Below, piece after piece: positions 1-14,902 of a stretch of 64,000 nucleotides of DNA. How positions within the stretch are numbered: the stretch's first letter is position 1; each line of letters starts with the position of its first letter. The position numbers were made by a program, and so were the translations under genes. The notes under the pieces are model-generated. The model was not told where the DNA came from, made no database searches, and was given only the letters and a program-made list of their open reading frames with translations. The stretch is taken from assembly GCF_964204865.1 (NCBI RefSeq), contig NC_135255.1, positions 15,190,001-15,254,000 of the forward strand. Direction: 5' to 3'. Origin of the DNA: Styela clava. Taxonomy: Eukaryota.

Positions 1-3000
1 GTCATCAGCTGTTTTGACTGTTATTTGAGTAGATCCTTCAATCGATGTCATATCTCCATTCTCTTGAATCTTGAGTCCATCTGATTTCGATGGATCCTGC
101 ATATTATTATTATATAAATAAATAATGATTGGATATTATTAACAAATATTCTCCTCATTCAAAAATATTATTATGAAATGAACATTATGCATCAGTATGT
201 TGGAGTTCTTGGTCATTCGTTGTGCGTGAAAATGTTAAGCCATTCAATTAAAAATACAAGATTATGGACAACAGTACTGTATATGTAAGATAAATAGGAA
301 TTAACTGAACTATCAGCTTTGTTACCCATTTTCATGTATAATATTGCTTTCTTCCGTAACCAAAATATTTTATTTGATAGTAAATCCATGCACATCTTAA
401 TAGAATTAGATTATTTTTCTGTGCATAAGGCTGGTGCAGTCACTCTCTATAAATATTACTTAATTTCTACATTTTACACTGGTGTTATACCAATTGCTCT
501 AAAAGAGTCTAAAGTCTGAAGCAATGATATACAACAGAATTTGATTATTCATCTATCTCTTAAATTAATATTTATTTATTTTCCCACAAAGAATGTTTTA
601 GCTGAAATACCCGGTAATTCTCAGTCGAGAAGAAAATACCATTGACGGGAAATCACGGAATAACAATTAATATCTTCGACATAAATACCCATATTATTAT
701 AACACAAAATTTCTCACCAGGAGATCATAGAATTTCTCGTTGTACAGTTGGAGAAATGATGTTGTGATGTCATAAGAGGTGTTTTCAGCTGTGTCATTGT
801 TCACAACTGGATGAAGACAATTAGATAAGGAAATCAATTGACTAACTTTCATATTTGAGCGTTTTGTAAAAATTGCAGCATTTTTAACAATTTTACATCT
901 CGTACAGTGACCTTTGGGGGTGATTATTCCTGCTGTGAAATATTTGATCCATTCTATTTGTTGTGCCAGGTCAAAAACCAGAACATTGTTTGGGCGTTTA
1001 AAGAGAGGGATTGTAAGTGCAATGGTGGTGATACTATTTTTCAATGATACGCGGTAAATACATGAAATCGACGCCTTTAAAAACGATTTCTCGAGTTGAA
1101 ATACAAATATTCACCCAAAATGAAATGATTCATATTTATATTGTGATTCAGAATTTCACCAGACAACTTCATATATAAACAATATGTCTCAATAATCAGA
1201 ACGTTGAAATCAAAAAAGATTGCAACAATAAACATGATTTTTTGTTACAAAATTAAGGTCATCGAAATTATTCCAGTGTATTGTTTATACGAAAACGTCG
1301 TTCCAGTTATTATACTGATATTATTATACTGCCTAATTTTTCAAGGATACTGTTCAACATGGATTCCATCGTTCGCATGATAATTCCTCTATGTTTTCCA
1401 CTTGTTGCTTTGCCATACAATGTGTAACTTTTTCCTGTGTTTGGTATTCCATACGAAACAACACATGCTCGGTGACCCTAGTCCAAATAAATTTCGATGC
1501 AAACGATAAATTTCGTTGAAATTTGAACAAACTACTTTTGGTAATATATTTTGTTTGACGCTAATCATTATATTCAGTTTATTCTTCTCTTATGGTGTTA
1601 AACAAAGATTATTTTGATATTTTTATATTGATATGCAAGTTTTTATCTTTGAACTATTTTCGTCTATTATCTATAAATTTTGCTTCGACTAGATAGACGC
1701 TCAATTTTTGAGACTAAAACCGACCTGACGGAGAAAATATAAAAGTCCGAATTCTTTTATTTATTTTATTGTATTTGAGCTGAAATAATCTAATCAATTG
1801 TATAAATGAAAATTACATTCCAGACACAATATCCTAATACCCCTAATTTAATGAAGTATATCAATCATCTTCGACAAAAAATAAATTCCATTTCATAAAA
1901 ATTGATGGATTGATGAAATATTAATTATATATATTAATGTTTTTATCGGTTCTTAGCTCAGATCGTGCATGGATGCGAAAATTGATTTGTAAAATAATTG
2001 TTAAACCAGAGGTGAATTTAATCAAAAGCAATTTAAAAAAACTCTTTTATTCGATTTAGGATAGGATTTACATATTTATCCCGGGGGAGAGTAAAGCCGA
2101 TAAGACGACCTAATCATATGGCAACTACGGCCCCTCGTTCGGTTATCAGTCCATGTCGTGTATGGGATTAGTTAGTTATTTGTTTTTGGAAGCGTGGACT
2201 TGATGGTGGAGGAAGCCGTAACCAATCGGCGGTTATGTAAACCCCCCTACGGCGGCGAGGAGTCCAGCAATCCTCTCGCACATTATTATCTTCCACGGGA
2301 TTCGAACCTGCGAACCCACGCAAGGTAATCAGACGTGCGAGCGTATTCCTAACGCCAAACAGTTTGGTTAAGTATATATATATAATTATATATTGTTTTA
2401 AAATACAGGATTTATCTCGTTGTACAGCATATGGTAGCGGGTCATTTTAAGTTTTACCAGTTATGAAAAAAACCACCAAACAAGCATGAATCAACAATAA
2501 AATAACATTCAAATGCGAAGTATATTCATGGCTCAGTCATTTTCCAACTTCATACAATCACAAATGCCACCAAGCTTACTGTTAAAACAGCATTGACAAG
2601 CGATTGAGCCGATACTTCGAAAACTTCTCTTTGTGGAGTGCTCTCTGGAAACACATGAGCAAAGGTGAAGAGGTGCTTCGTACCATTCTGAAATGGATAA
2701 AGAAATAACAAACAGCCGTGCCGATTCCAAATATGTCAAAATCGTCTATATGCGGGCTAGGAAATAACACAAACCCTGCGGTAATTTTATACTTCTCTAA
2801 AGTTTTTCAGACAAAGACCTAAATTTGAGAAGGCTTAAATTGAATGGATATATATGGATACAACCAGCAAATTTTACTTTAATTTTCATATTCAACATAC
2901 GTTTATTTCATTTAATATGGAATCATTTATTTATTTACGGCACCAAGGCTGTAATGGAGTCGGGTTTCCAAGTTTAAGTTCAGATACAACGAACAAAATT

Positions 3001-6000
3001 TTGATTTGAAATCTCATTCTCGGGGTGGATTCAGTATCGAAACCACGGGTTCATTCACAAGTATTTACAGAAATAAAGCAACCGACTATAGTCATCTTGT
3101 CTATTCGAAGTCCTTGGTCGTAAAGAATACCAAAATTCTATCAACAGCGCACATGTGCATTGACTATATAAGTTCAAGCTATCCAAATCCAATTTATATC
3201 AATTTAAAACCTCATTACCCGAATAATATGATCATTCGTTACATAGTTATACAGATCAAACAACATGTCATCCCTCAATTCATCCACATTGTGTCAATAT
3301 TATCAATTTTATCCGAAGAAATATCAAACAAAATGGGGTTTTAATAGGACAAGACAAACAATAAAATACACGATTTTAAACAGTGATATTGTGGCACGGC
3401 ATGTTTCGTGACTGCTCTGTTTTAGCGTAAACTAGTACTAAATAGAGATCTTCATCGTTTGACTTCCAGAGGAATGATACAATTCGAACAAGAATTGTAA
3501 CGAGACCTTCGAAGGGAAACTCGAGTTCTAGCTCATTCCTTTCACCTGGTTCTGTTTTCATATTAAAAAATTCCCCAAGTATGGGGTTAAGATGAATAGC
3601 TACATGGGATCATAAATTGCTTGAAATCATACTTGCTCAGCGGATGGCTACATTTAGATACAATATCGATCTTTCATCGGGGTCGGTGGGCAAATATAAA
3701 CAATCTCATATTTTGATTGATATTCATATATCTATTGTTCGGGGCTTAAAAGGGGATCGCCTATTAGAACAATATTGATCTAATGTGCTATGGTTTTGTA
3801 AGAAATGTCTTAAAATTTTGATAGGTTTGTAAAAGAACAAGGAAAACAACAAAGCCCGTTTCACTCTTGTCTTGTCGCCAAGAATGTCAGAACTGAACAA
3901 GTAAAAACAATACTTCTTTTTCAGATTTTTTCTATTCAAACGGAACTCAAGTATTCAGGTGATTTAGTGGAAAATCGTTAGCTAAATACGTCTTTCGTTC
4001 TGGGTATGCTGAGGTATGATAAAATACAATTGTTATCAAATATTACTAAGTATGAAAAGGGGCAGTTTAGAAAAAAGTCAAAAAACTGCACAGAATAATT
4101 TCATAGGATTTAAAATAGATAAAAAATCAACAATTTACGACATTTCTTTATGTTACAGGTTGTGTCGATCCTGTGGCATGTTGAAATTCATGCACGTTTT
4201 TATTCAACCATATGTTGTATTTTCGCACTGTAAATGGTACTTACACTTTCTTTTGCTTTACTTGGTCTTGTACATAATTGTAGTTGGTTATCATTTTCAA
4301 CTGTTAAACTTCTGAGCCGTGTTGTAATCGTATCTAAAAATGGAATGGAATAAAATAATGTTTAATGCTTCTATTCTTATGAATCTTTCTTACAAACATC
4401 GTGGGACATTAGTTAATGTTCATTTTACTTATCATTCAAATATAATTGTTTGTTTAAAAAATCTATTGTAACCGCCATATTGGATTAACTTTTACACTTT
4501 GATACACAAATATTGTTGAATAGAATAAAAAGTAGAATCAAATTGAATAATATGGGATTCGTCTGATTCACTCAAAAACTATATCTCAAGAGTCACGAAA
4601 TACAAATAACTAAAAATTATTCGGCTTTCGGTAGTCAGTTTACTTTCATGTGGGTATTATGGGCGTCTACCTAAAAGTAGGCCTTATGCAATATAACCAA
4701 GTCTACCATCAAACACAATAACCAATTGTAAAACTACCATTCCACTTTCAAATTGAGCTTATCCTGGCAATTAACAACTTTATTTTGTCATTTCTATTTG
4801 TATTCATTGACAAAAGTCAGAATAATGTCGGACTGCACCGTAGTTAATAACAAGTTTTGAGGAAAAGACTATGATTATGTCGCGACATTTAATTAGAAAA
4901 TGACTACACTAACAATAGAACAAATGTAACAGATTAAATGTTTCAGATATTCAGTAACTACGATAAACAACTTAGTCTATATATTGGATATATTTCCGAG
5001 ACCTACGAAGCCATATTTAAAAATGACAAACAATACAACTATTTCAATTGGATCAATTAAAAAAATTAAGAAAACGGGGGGAATTGTATTTATATTTGGC
5101 AAATAACTTTAGCGCTATATTTTATAGTGTTTCATTGAATATTAATGTTATTTGAATTAGGAAAAATGTTGCCAAATATATTGTATATATAATCAATAAT
5201 AGATACAAATTGAAACTCGTTAAATATTATGAGTAATGAAAGTAATAAAATGTTAATTATGTAACATAAATATTTGTCTAAGGTGAAGACACCGTCTTTC
5301 AGTAAAGAAAATAATAAACTAAACCAGAAACAAATAAATTTTCACGTTCAAAAATCCACAAACCTGGTGCTGTATCATCCAATGGACGGATTCTGACGAA
5401 CACCTGAAACGACGATTGCTTCTTCTGTTCTTTTCCTTCTATATTCTTTATATTTCCAGCATCGTTGACTGCCTCTGTGTTCGGAATTGTATCCAACGCT
5501 ACTGATGTTGAATTCGAACTGGTTGTTTTGTTTGATAACACGGTGTCTTGTGAAAGCCTGCTATCTTGATTTCTTTCATGTATTGATGATTGTAATCTGT
5601 TACAGAATTGAATTTTGAAATTAATTTTGCAACAGTCATTGCAAAAGGTAAAAATCTGATATATACTATGAGAAGATCGGAATCTTCCTAGTTTGTAATT
5701 ACATACCCAATTTATTACAACTAGAGTATGAAGGTGAGAGTGGTATTTTTACTGGAAATATTTAACTTGTAATTCCAAAACAGGTAAGTTCAACTCTAAA
5801 ACCACTGAGCCGTCACTCAATTTCCGGCGCTCCGAGAGTGTGTGTATCCATATTGAGGTAACTAAGTTTGTTCGCCTACTTTACATCAAGTAGTGTAAAG
5901 GGACGGAAGCCTATGGACATGGGGTATATTCACTTGGCTAACACAGACAGTCCCCGAACTCGTAATAGGATCGGGATAAAATCGGGATAAAATTATCGCC

Positions 6001-7366
6001 TAACCCTATAAACTGGTACACATACTAAGGGAGTACCCAATTTCCCCTCAAGTAACAAATATTTTATTTCTTAATAATCAAAAGAACTTTGGTATTAATA
6101 GTGATAATTACCACGTATCGCAAATTGAACTTACCCTTCACATTCATGATTTGTGACGTCAATTGAATCACTCAAGTTGAGCGATTCGGAAACCGAAGTT
6201 GTTGCTTTGGAATCGATTTCTTTGTTTTTTGTCACTTTCTCTTTCGTTGCGTCTTTATGTGTTTTCCTAAGCAAATTAAATCGAGAAACATTATTCACAT
6301 ATTCATTTAACATTCAGAAACGTGAACATTGGCTGGACAATTACATTGGCGACTATAGGATAACTTTAAACTATAAATCCAAATAGTTAATCATCTGAAA
6401 TAAATCTTGCACACCCGTCAGAATTCATATTTATTCAAATATTTCTATTTCTATGTATATTGAGTCAGGCTTGAACAATAATATTGGTAATACATTTGTA
6501 AATTCACTAATAGCAATATTCATTTATACACCACTCACTCTCATGTATATTTTTATAGATTTTATTGGCATTTAGCCTATAACAGCCGAAGTTTTAAACG
6601 CAAAGGAGCCGTAAACCGCTAAATTGGCTTTGGAAAAAGCAGTTTTTAACGGCGCTGAAACAACACAATGTTTTATGGGAAAGATCAAAATTGAAAACTA
6701 ACGACCCTAGTACTCCTCAATCATTTATAACTTTTTTCGTCATTTTTTTCATTATTTCTGCAGTAGTTGGAACATTGTTTACATCTAGAACAATACGAAT
6801 AAAATGTTTCGGGACCTTTTCTGCATTATGTTCTCGTAGATGTCCGATGTATTCAACATCGATTTTATAATTTCATGGCAGCTATCTTCCTCAAACAACC
6901 ACTTTTCGGACTCGCGGTAAAAAGTAATGTTCCCATTGTTACTTGGACGTCTTGGTACAACAGGACCCAAATTCGTGCTGCTTACACCAGAGGCTCCCGC
7001 TGTAGCTGCCATTCGTAGGCTAAAACGTTCTTTCTTTTCGCGACGGTTCGAATAAGAATTAACGCCATTTGTATTGTCGCTACAAAATTTTAATTCGTTT
7101 TCGGAGTGGTTTACAAATTCTTGTGATTTGTTATCACTTTTGTCAAATCTTCGACAATTTGAAGTAAATTTGTAATTGAACTGGGGACGACGAACAACAG
7201 ACGGTGTGTGTAAGTTGAGTGATCGAAGAACTCCGTCAGGAAAATAATTCCTTTCTCCTCGAGTTAACGGAATTGCTGAAATTTCGTTAACGCTTTCCAT
7301 ATTTCTTGAAAACATTTTTCTTTTGCCGATGTATTCATCAACATTATCCTGACGATTCATCTCCAA
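1..7366 (-). CDS. Divergent kinesin-family motor protein, 5' part (8 exons seen; gene continues off the left edge)
   Basis: Phase-consistent GT-AG exons 7366-6816, 6266-6135, 5596-5364, 4333-4245, 2687-2580, 1477-1330, 806-718 and 96-<1. They give kinesin motifs FQVFVRIRPL, FTFAHVFPESTPQREVF, P-loop GHRACVVSYGIPNTGKSYTLYG, HRGIIMR, SFLQLYNEKFYDLL and LKIQENGDMTSIEG. Confidence 0.9.
2057..2355 (-). mobile_element. tRNA-derived SINE copy (kinesin intron)
   Basis: Reverse complement matches the full copy at 63409-63758, including the B box and (ATCCT)n tail. Confidence 0.85.
5826..6037. mobile_element. Merlin-type MITE, asymmetric ~210-bp subfamily
   Basis: GG...CC termini and perfect 8-bp TSD CAATTTCC. 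Similar copies at 12919, 21631, 41486 and 49317. Confidence 0.8.
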
Positions 7367-10140
7367 TTATGTCAACTACTGGATATTTTAGAAAATTTTT
7401 AATAAAGTTATTTAGCTGATTCAGAGAATAATTCATTCTCTCAAATGATTGGAGAAATGAGAAAAGCCGGATTATTTATATTTTTTTTATTACAAACAGA
7501 TTTCAATTGTGTTTTACTAATTATTTCTATCATGTATTCTTTTCTAAAACTTCTCTGGTTTGTTCTACTTCATGTTAATTCGCTGCAAATCTTTGAATCT
7601 CAAATGACAACCTGGCATTACACACTTAAAGCAGACAAGTAACTAATATTAATCTAAGTTGGTACTGACGGGTTACATCTAATCACTGTGGTGTCTGTAA
7701 CATTTTCGATATGGTTACTGGTAACCTCTTATAGAAAGTAATTTAAAACACACGATTTTATTTTCGACTCTTAATTAGATGGACCAAGCATAATATGGTT
7801 TCAAAAATTGCCATTATATTTGCGCCGGGCATTATTGACCGACAGTGAGATATATTTTTAACTCGATTGAGAATCGTTGTTCGTAGCCAAGAAGTGTGTA
7901 CTCAGATGCTGTCCGCATGGTGTATCTCCTAATTTTGACCACTTTCGGGCACTTCATTCTCGTGTAGAAGCAGATTCGCAAATATCGGATTTAGCTGTGA
8001 TATATGATTGGGTGGTTCGAGAGGGGGATCCGATGAAAAATATTATTTGATTCACTTTCACGTAAGGTTTGACGGTGTGAACATGCTTACTTTTTCAATT
8101 TTAGTTTGCTGATGTTTGAAGCCTTGTGGATGATGAAATATTGTAATTTAATTAAATTATAAAAATACTCAAACCAAGCAAGCATACTGTGCAAATTGAA
8201 GATTAATGTAATGAATATGTCTTATATTAAAAGCAAAATTGAATACCCAAGTGGTATAAAATACTTATAAATTGGAAATAATCAAATCTAGGATTTTCAA
8301 GAATTTAAGATTTAATCTTATTCCAATAGTTTGTATTCTCGAGAAGTTTAGTTTGTTAAAGTTGAAATGAAAAAAGATTCAAGATTGTTCATACATTGTT
8401 AATATTAATATTACTCGGCGTTTTACGCTGATTCTGGTATAGAATCTAGATTCATGGTAGAAAAGAAAAACATTATTTAATAAGTAAATGGCTAAAATTT
8501 ATACCCTATCATGAATGAATTGATTCTATATATTTACTGACATCCGACAAATAATATAAGTTTAATTATTATATATTATGATAAATTAATTTTGTTGTGA
8601 CATTTGTGATGACTATTTTCAAAAAAGAGTTCTAATAAAATGGCAATACCAGTTTTGTTCCTAGGTTAAAACAGAAATCGAGCATAATATGTATATGCGA
8701 TATAAAAAATTTGAAAATGTGGATTTTAGATTTAAGTAAAAACGCTGGGTATTGTATCTTTTGATATTAATTATTTTGTAAGAATAAGGAGATTGTGGTT
8801 GATACAAAACAAGCGTTATAGGCCATTTCCATATGAGTTTCGTTTTCATGCATTATCTTCTACCTTCCTAATAGGGAGTGAGAATCATATACTAATGAGC
8901 ATTTAATAATTTGTGGATAGGTGGGACGCTCGCTGCAGCTATAATCCATACTTGAATACACGTGATTCGCAAATAATTCGAGACATAAATGATGTTAGAG
9001 CTTGTAAACAAGATTCTTTGATACTTGATATGGGGAAGACGCATAACATAGCGCTACAAAAATTTCGAATCTAAAAATAAGTTTTACCGAATTTGTATAT
9101 ATTGTTTTATTTTCTTTTCCTATTAGCATTATAGTGAGCAACGTAATCAGCAAAGTTTGCCTGTTAAGTACAAAAATAACATAATCTCTTTCCAAAAAAT
9201 GCTAAGTATATTTGTAAGCTTTCATTAGATTTTAAACAAATTTCTTCAGACAAAACCACAGCGGATAATGATTATAAAACTATCACTGACAAATACACTT
9301 ACTATTTTATGAAAGGGAATAAATATACGTATAGTTCCATATATCCGTACGCAATTGAATTAATATAGAGTATATAAATTTTTTTTCTTTTTCTACTGGA
9401 TATTAATTGATCGAGATTTATAATGATAATTACAATTGCAGTGGTTTTGATTACAAGAAATATTTTCTCAGATGGACAGACAATGTGACGTCATGTATTT
9501 CTCATCGTCTCGATTTCAAAAGATTTCCTTTGTTTCGAGGTGTCAACAATCAACATATTATCATCATTAATTCCCTTTGTTTATCAGTTGAGTCAAACTC
9601 TTTGAACGGATTATTTTGTACTTTGGTTGTACATAATTTAAGTATGAGAGGTGTTAAAAAATCATTTATTGGCCTTCCACACTTGGTTTGTTGTTATATA
9701 GAGTATTTTGAAAAGAAAACAACAAAGATGATTCGTGTTTGAATACGTGTAAATAGGTTTAATGAAAATTGCTCCAAAATTGTGTTGCGCAAAAATAGGC
9801 CGAAGATGATTGAGTGTGATTTTTCTGTAAGCCAATTCCGATCATTTGTGAGCTTGGGTCGGTTCTGGATAAATAGAATGCGGTACGTAATGATTAAACA
9901 TCCGAAACATAAGTCATTTAGCATTCTTCAAACAAAATACGTGTGAAACAAGCTATCAAATTTGCTAGCGATGCTAATTTGTATCATATATATGTCTGGT
10001 CCGATAGTTTGAAAAATCATCAAGATAAAGACAAAGTTTGAGGCACCTTTAACTAATACTTTATTTTGAATTCCGAATACGATGATATGTTGTACTAATA
10101 TCGTGGACTTTTTATAATGTGTTTTATACATATAAGAATA

Positions 10141-10245
10141 ACATTTACATATTTATCCCCGGGAAGAGGAAAGTCGATAAGACGGTATAATCATATGACG
10201 AACAACGTCCTCTCGTCCGGTGTCGGGTATGGCGTTAGTCAGCCA
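10141..10245 (-). mobile_element. SINE 3' fragment
   Basis: Matches the SINE tail region (tttacatatttatccccggg...gataagacgg). Confidence 0.7.
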
Positions 10246-11068
10246 GTTTTAATATCATTAAAACTCCATATAATCGCTGAATTAATCGTATGGAGCCACT
10301 GGACTTGATTGTTGGGAGTGCCTATACCACATCCTACTTCATTTAAACTAAGAATACTAAAATTTCTCCACCGTTTCATTCAACTCGGAAAAACAAAAGC
10401 TTTAGTCAATGACCCTACATTGAAAAGCACTCAAGACAGAAGAGCGCACTCAGCATTCCACTTTATAAAACGTTGATGGTTTCGTCCTCACAAATCTACC
10501 AATATTTTCTGAGATTTTATTCGATTTTGCTCGTCTTCGTTCAAGATATAGTAAAAGGCTTGGATTTTTGGCTTTTCTGTACTTGAATTATATCTTATTT
10601 AGCTAAGGATCTACGATCAATTTTCTTTACAGAAATCGAACATTTAAATTTATGTTGAGACAAAAACATCGGATAACAATAGATTCCAGCCATATTTTAA
10701 ATGCCAAATTATCTTAATAAAATATGAGACAACTAAAATCAAGAGACTAAATGTTCAAATAATATATATATATATTATTAAACGAGTTGGAGTCGATTAG
10801 AAATCTAACTAAATTAGAAAATGCTATATTTCCTATCATCACGGCATACCTGTATCCTATATATACGATACTAGCTATTGGTTCGAAAATACACATTTTG
10901 GTTGGCAATCAGATTGATCAATAGCCGTAATTTGTATGATTGTCACATTGTCTATAGGGCTCTAGGCTACTTACTACATGATAATGACAATAAAAAACGA
11001 TTAATTTTACACTAATTTACAGCATTTTCCCAATTATTGAAAGCATTAAAATACTTTATAATCGACTT

Positions 11069-12320
11069 ACTTGCTTTTCTTGATGTCCAAAATCCTCGTT
11101 TTCTTTCCCATCTCGCAAGAATATTTCTACTGTTTGAAGCTTATCGAATAAATATCAAGCTATCTACTCTGTATATGTGTTTAAGACCTATAAAACGTAT
11201 ATACACGATGGTTATACAAGCTGACACAATACCATCCCAAACAATTATAAACGCTGGATAAACACGATGGTATGGATTGCTTCCGCCGGGGCTAACAATA
11301 CGATTTATAAAGATACGAATGTCACAAGATAAATATTCGGACAGTTTCAGACAATCTATGTAAGGCGTGAGTAGTACGATCATGACAAAAGGTGAATTTT
11401 AAATTCATTCTAAACGTTCTAGTTGGAAATACGAAATTATATGGAACACACAAAATTCGCCTTGAATCACTCGTTGATCTCTAATTCGACTACGTCTTCA
11501 ATCTGTTATATTGTCGCAAGACATCGACAACAAAATTCACATACCCGATCTCAATCTGTAAAATTGTAATGTTAGCCTCCTAAAAATATATGACACTTGC
11601 CAGATATTTGAGGGGTCACAACAAGCCCAGGAATATCATTGATTGGTATCTGCAATCGAAGCACTTAGCCTTTCCGATATATCCGCGGATTTCTATCTTC
11701 CTTACATTATATATATATATAGACCTGGTCATCTTGACGCCATTTAAAATCTTTCCCACACGAACCAGGTGGCCCTGGATATGCGAAGACTCCAAAAAGG
11801 CGTGAGAACTATACCACCGCTGAACGATACGGCCGAAATCCATAAGTCTCGAAGATACGTATACCATCTATTGTTTTTCGGCGATGAGAAAATCATCGAA
11901 GTCGACTAATCGACGACAATTGACTACGAGAACGAATAGGCTGTTTTCTATGCGAGTGGCAAAAACAACAGCACTGTTGATGAAACCTGCGTATACCGAA
12001 TGGAATATTCCACTTAAAATTACCATTGCAAATCGAGCTTTATTTTCATGTCAGTTCGGCTTGAAACGAAAATTCGGCGGATACAAAACCTTGAGAGTCG
12101 ACATAACTGCTTATGAGAAGTTTGCATAGAGCTTGCTTGCTTGTAGCTAGCTAATAATTTTTGAAGTTGTAATCGTGTTTCAATTTCGTGTTTCGGGCTC
12201 GGCGTGTTAAGTCGTTTACGACCGCTGCTCAATCTGTTCTCTCCAATATTTATTGGGAATTTTTCTTATTCTTCCTCTTTATCCTTCTTTTCTATTTCTT
12301 CCCTCTGGACTGTTACGTTT
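11069..12320 (-). pseudogene. Possible decayed multi-exon gene of unknown family
   Basis: AG/GT-bounded, protein-like segments at about 12320-12090 (one internal stop), 11867-11724, 11579-11545 and 11129-11071. No family recognised. Confidence 0.3.
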
Positions 12321-12918
12321 TACTGTTCCAACCGAATTAAAAAACGTTTATATTGATTTATATTAAACGTTTAAAGTTGACTGTATGTGAGCCTTTGTCA
12401 AAGACATCGACGAACGCAACGAACTCGGTCGTAGATCATTTTGCAATTGGTGTTTATAAAACATTGGCATCACGTGTATATTCCCAACTCCATCTTCGAT
12501 TAATCATAAAACTTCACACTGAGACATCTTGAATGATTACATAGGGTGTCTGCTTGTCAAAATTATTATATATTATTATTATATATATAATGCGCGGAAA
12601 CATAATAGCAAAGTTCATTTTTCATTCTGTGTGTTCACCACGCCCTGCTGGGCTAGTGCTGAATATATATTTGTGTATTCGGCTCACTGCAGTCCAAGTT
12701 ATTTTTGGTAACAATTCTATTACAACATCTGTTTGATTGATCACTAGGGATAATCTCGAATAATCTTTTTGTCAAAGTCTGCCTTGGAATATATATTTTG
12801 TTCTTCACCAAAGTGTGATAAAAATGATTATGATGATAAAATGATACACGAGAGTCTTAGGTAATTTACATCGTAATATTTTTTCATTTCATATCAACCG
12901 CAAAAATGCTGGTGAATG

Positions 12919-13138
12919 GGCGCTTCAGAACTGAAGTCTGTGTACCAATATGGTGTTAACTAATTTTATTCGGCTACTTTCCATCAATTGTGTAAAGAGA
13001 CTGAAACCTATGGACAGGGGGTATATTCACTTGGCTAACACAGACAGTCCCCGAACTCGTAATAAAAATAAATTAAGGAAAATCGGCCCCAAAGTATGGC
13101 GTGACCCTGACCTGGTATGCACACACTACGGGAGTACC
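12919..13138. mobile_element. Merlin-type MITE, asymmetric subfamily
   Basis: Similar to 5826-6037. Ends in GGAGTACC; TSD degenerate. Confidence 0.75.
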
Positions 13139-13163
13139 AATGAACGACCTATATGAGTTAAAG

Positions 13164-13889
13164 CAGAGTTTCCCAAACTTTTTCGATCGCGGAACACCTA
13201 CACTTTTTATCTTTCCTAGCGGAACACAAAAAAAATTGAAAAACGGTGTAATGCAGCGGTTCCCAATGGGTTCGCGGTAGCGAGTTGCCAACTGCGCCGG
13301 AAAAACTAACAGAATTGTGTTAACATACCTAAAATATGATTGAATATTTTACATAATGCATTTATTCTAAATGTTTCATTGTTTCTTAATTCAAATGCAC
13401 TGTATATTTATCAATTCATTCATTTTACCATTCTATGTCGTTTACTTTCAGTTACGTAGTTTTTGCCTCCAATGTTACGTCTATTGGAGATAGAAGTACT
13501 TGTCGCAATTTTGCGAGCTGCATGCTGCAGTTTATTTATAGGGTTTAGCAAAAATGAGTAATTTTTCAGCATTTCAAAGTAACACCAGACAGGGAAGAGA
13601 GTTATTCTTTAGTTTAAACCTACTTATTTGGCTATGACATAACCAACAGGATTTCTGTATAACTGATAATGAACTTAACAGTCAAAAAGCTTGGCCGACG
13701 GTTAGCGAACATGCCACTACCCCACCCTAGTTAGTCCGCTTAAACCGACGGTGACGCGATATTGAACTGTCAGTTGGGCGACAACTTCACTTTCATATAT
13801 CGCCATGGCGACCATTTTATACGTGCTTTTGATTCCTTTTCCACGTGATACTTTGCAGACGCTCACGGAACAAAGTTTGGGAAACGCTG
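13164..13889. mobile_element. Non-autonomous hAT element
   Basis: TIRs CAGAGTTTCCCAAACTTT / AAAGTTTGGGAAACGCTG and TSD AGTTAAAG/AGTTGAAG. Inverted related copy at 23347-24226. Confidence 0.85.
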
Positions 13890-14902
13890 AGTTGAAGAAT
13901 GCAAAATTACCGGCCTTTGTATCTCTATATTTAACAATGAAACGAATATATGAGAATCAATTTATTGGTAGTCACTAATACACGTATTCGTCATGTTTGC
14001 TGTATCATTGTAAAAATTTTCAACTTCTTCTCTCAACCAATTTCATACATGACGTAAATCTGAATAAATATTAGCCCAAACGGATATTCGTGTTGGACTC
14101 AAGGTCGGTGTGAGCCTGTTGCTGAGGCTCCACGGAGGCTTCTTAAACTTCCTATAAATTTATATTAACTGAATTATTTTAAAAGGTTGTATATATATTT
14201 GTGTTTGTCCAATAATAGTCGGTTAATATTCTCAAGTTGGGTTTTTGTCGCAAAAAAAACGACGACTTAGGCGCGCCCCTATGCGGCCTAATTTGAGAGT
14301 TACTCCATACACTACTACGTACATTAATGACATTCATAAGCACTGCGATATTTAGATATTTACTGTTATTTGAAGGTGTAATATGCTCAGCAAAGCGTGC
14401 AAATTTTAATCAAATTACGGGACTTAGGGATATTATATATTGTGTTGAGAAATCAATATTAATTGAAAGATATATAGCCTACATGTATGCCTTCAGAAAC
14501 TGTGATTGGAAAAACGTTGGGACTAGTGAAATGGTTTCTAGGCAAGAGTTGTATTCACTGAGATATTCGTCAACGTACTTCGTTACACCAGAAGATTTCA
14601 TGATTTTATCCGACCATATCAGGTTCTCCATCTAACGAAGCTCTTCAGGCCCTTGTGGACAAGTAAGTTGTATATGACCAATGACGTCAATTATTAGCAT
14701 GTCGTGACGATTGTATAGCTCCATCAGTTCCTTTCGAATTCCATGTTGAATTTGTCGATATAAGATGGCTTCGTACGTCCTCAACCAGACTGATAACTGG
14801 TATGTAACCTGGTATGTAACCAAGTATGTACTGTCTTAATTACGATGATATGATGTTAAATTAGCAATTAAACACGGTTATAGAACAAGAGCGCATTATT
14901 TA

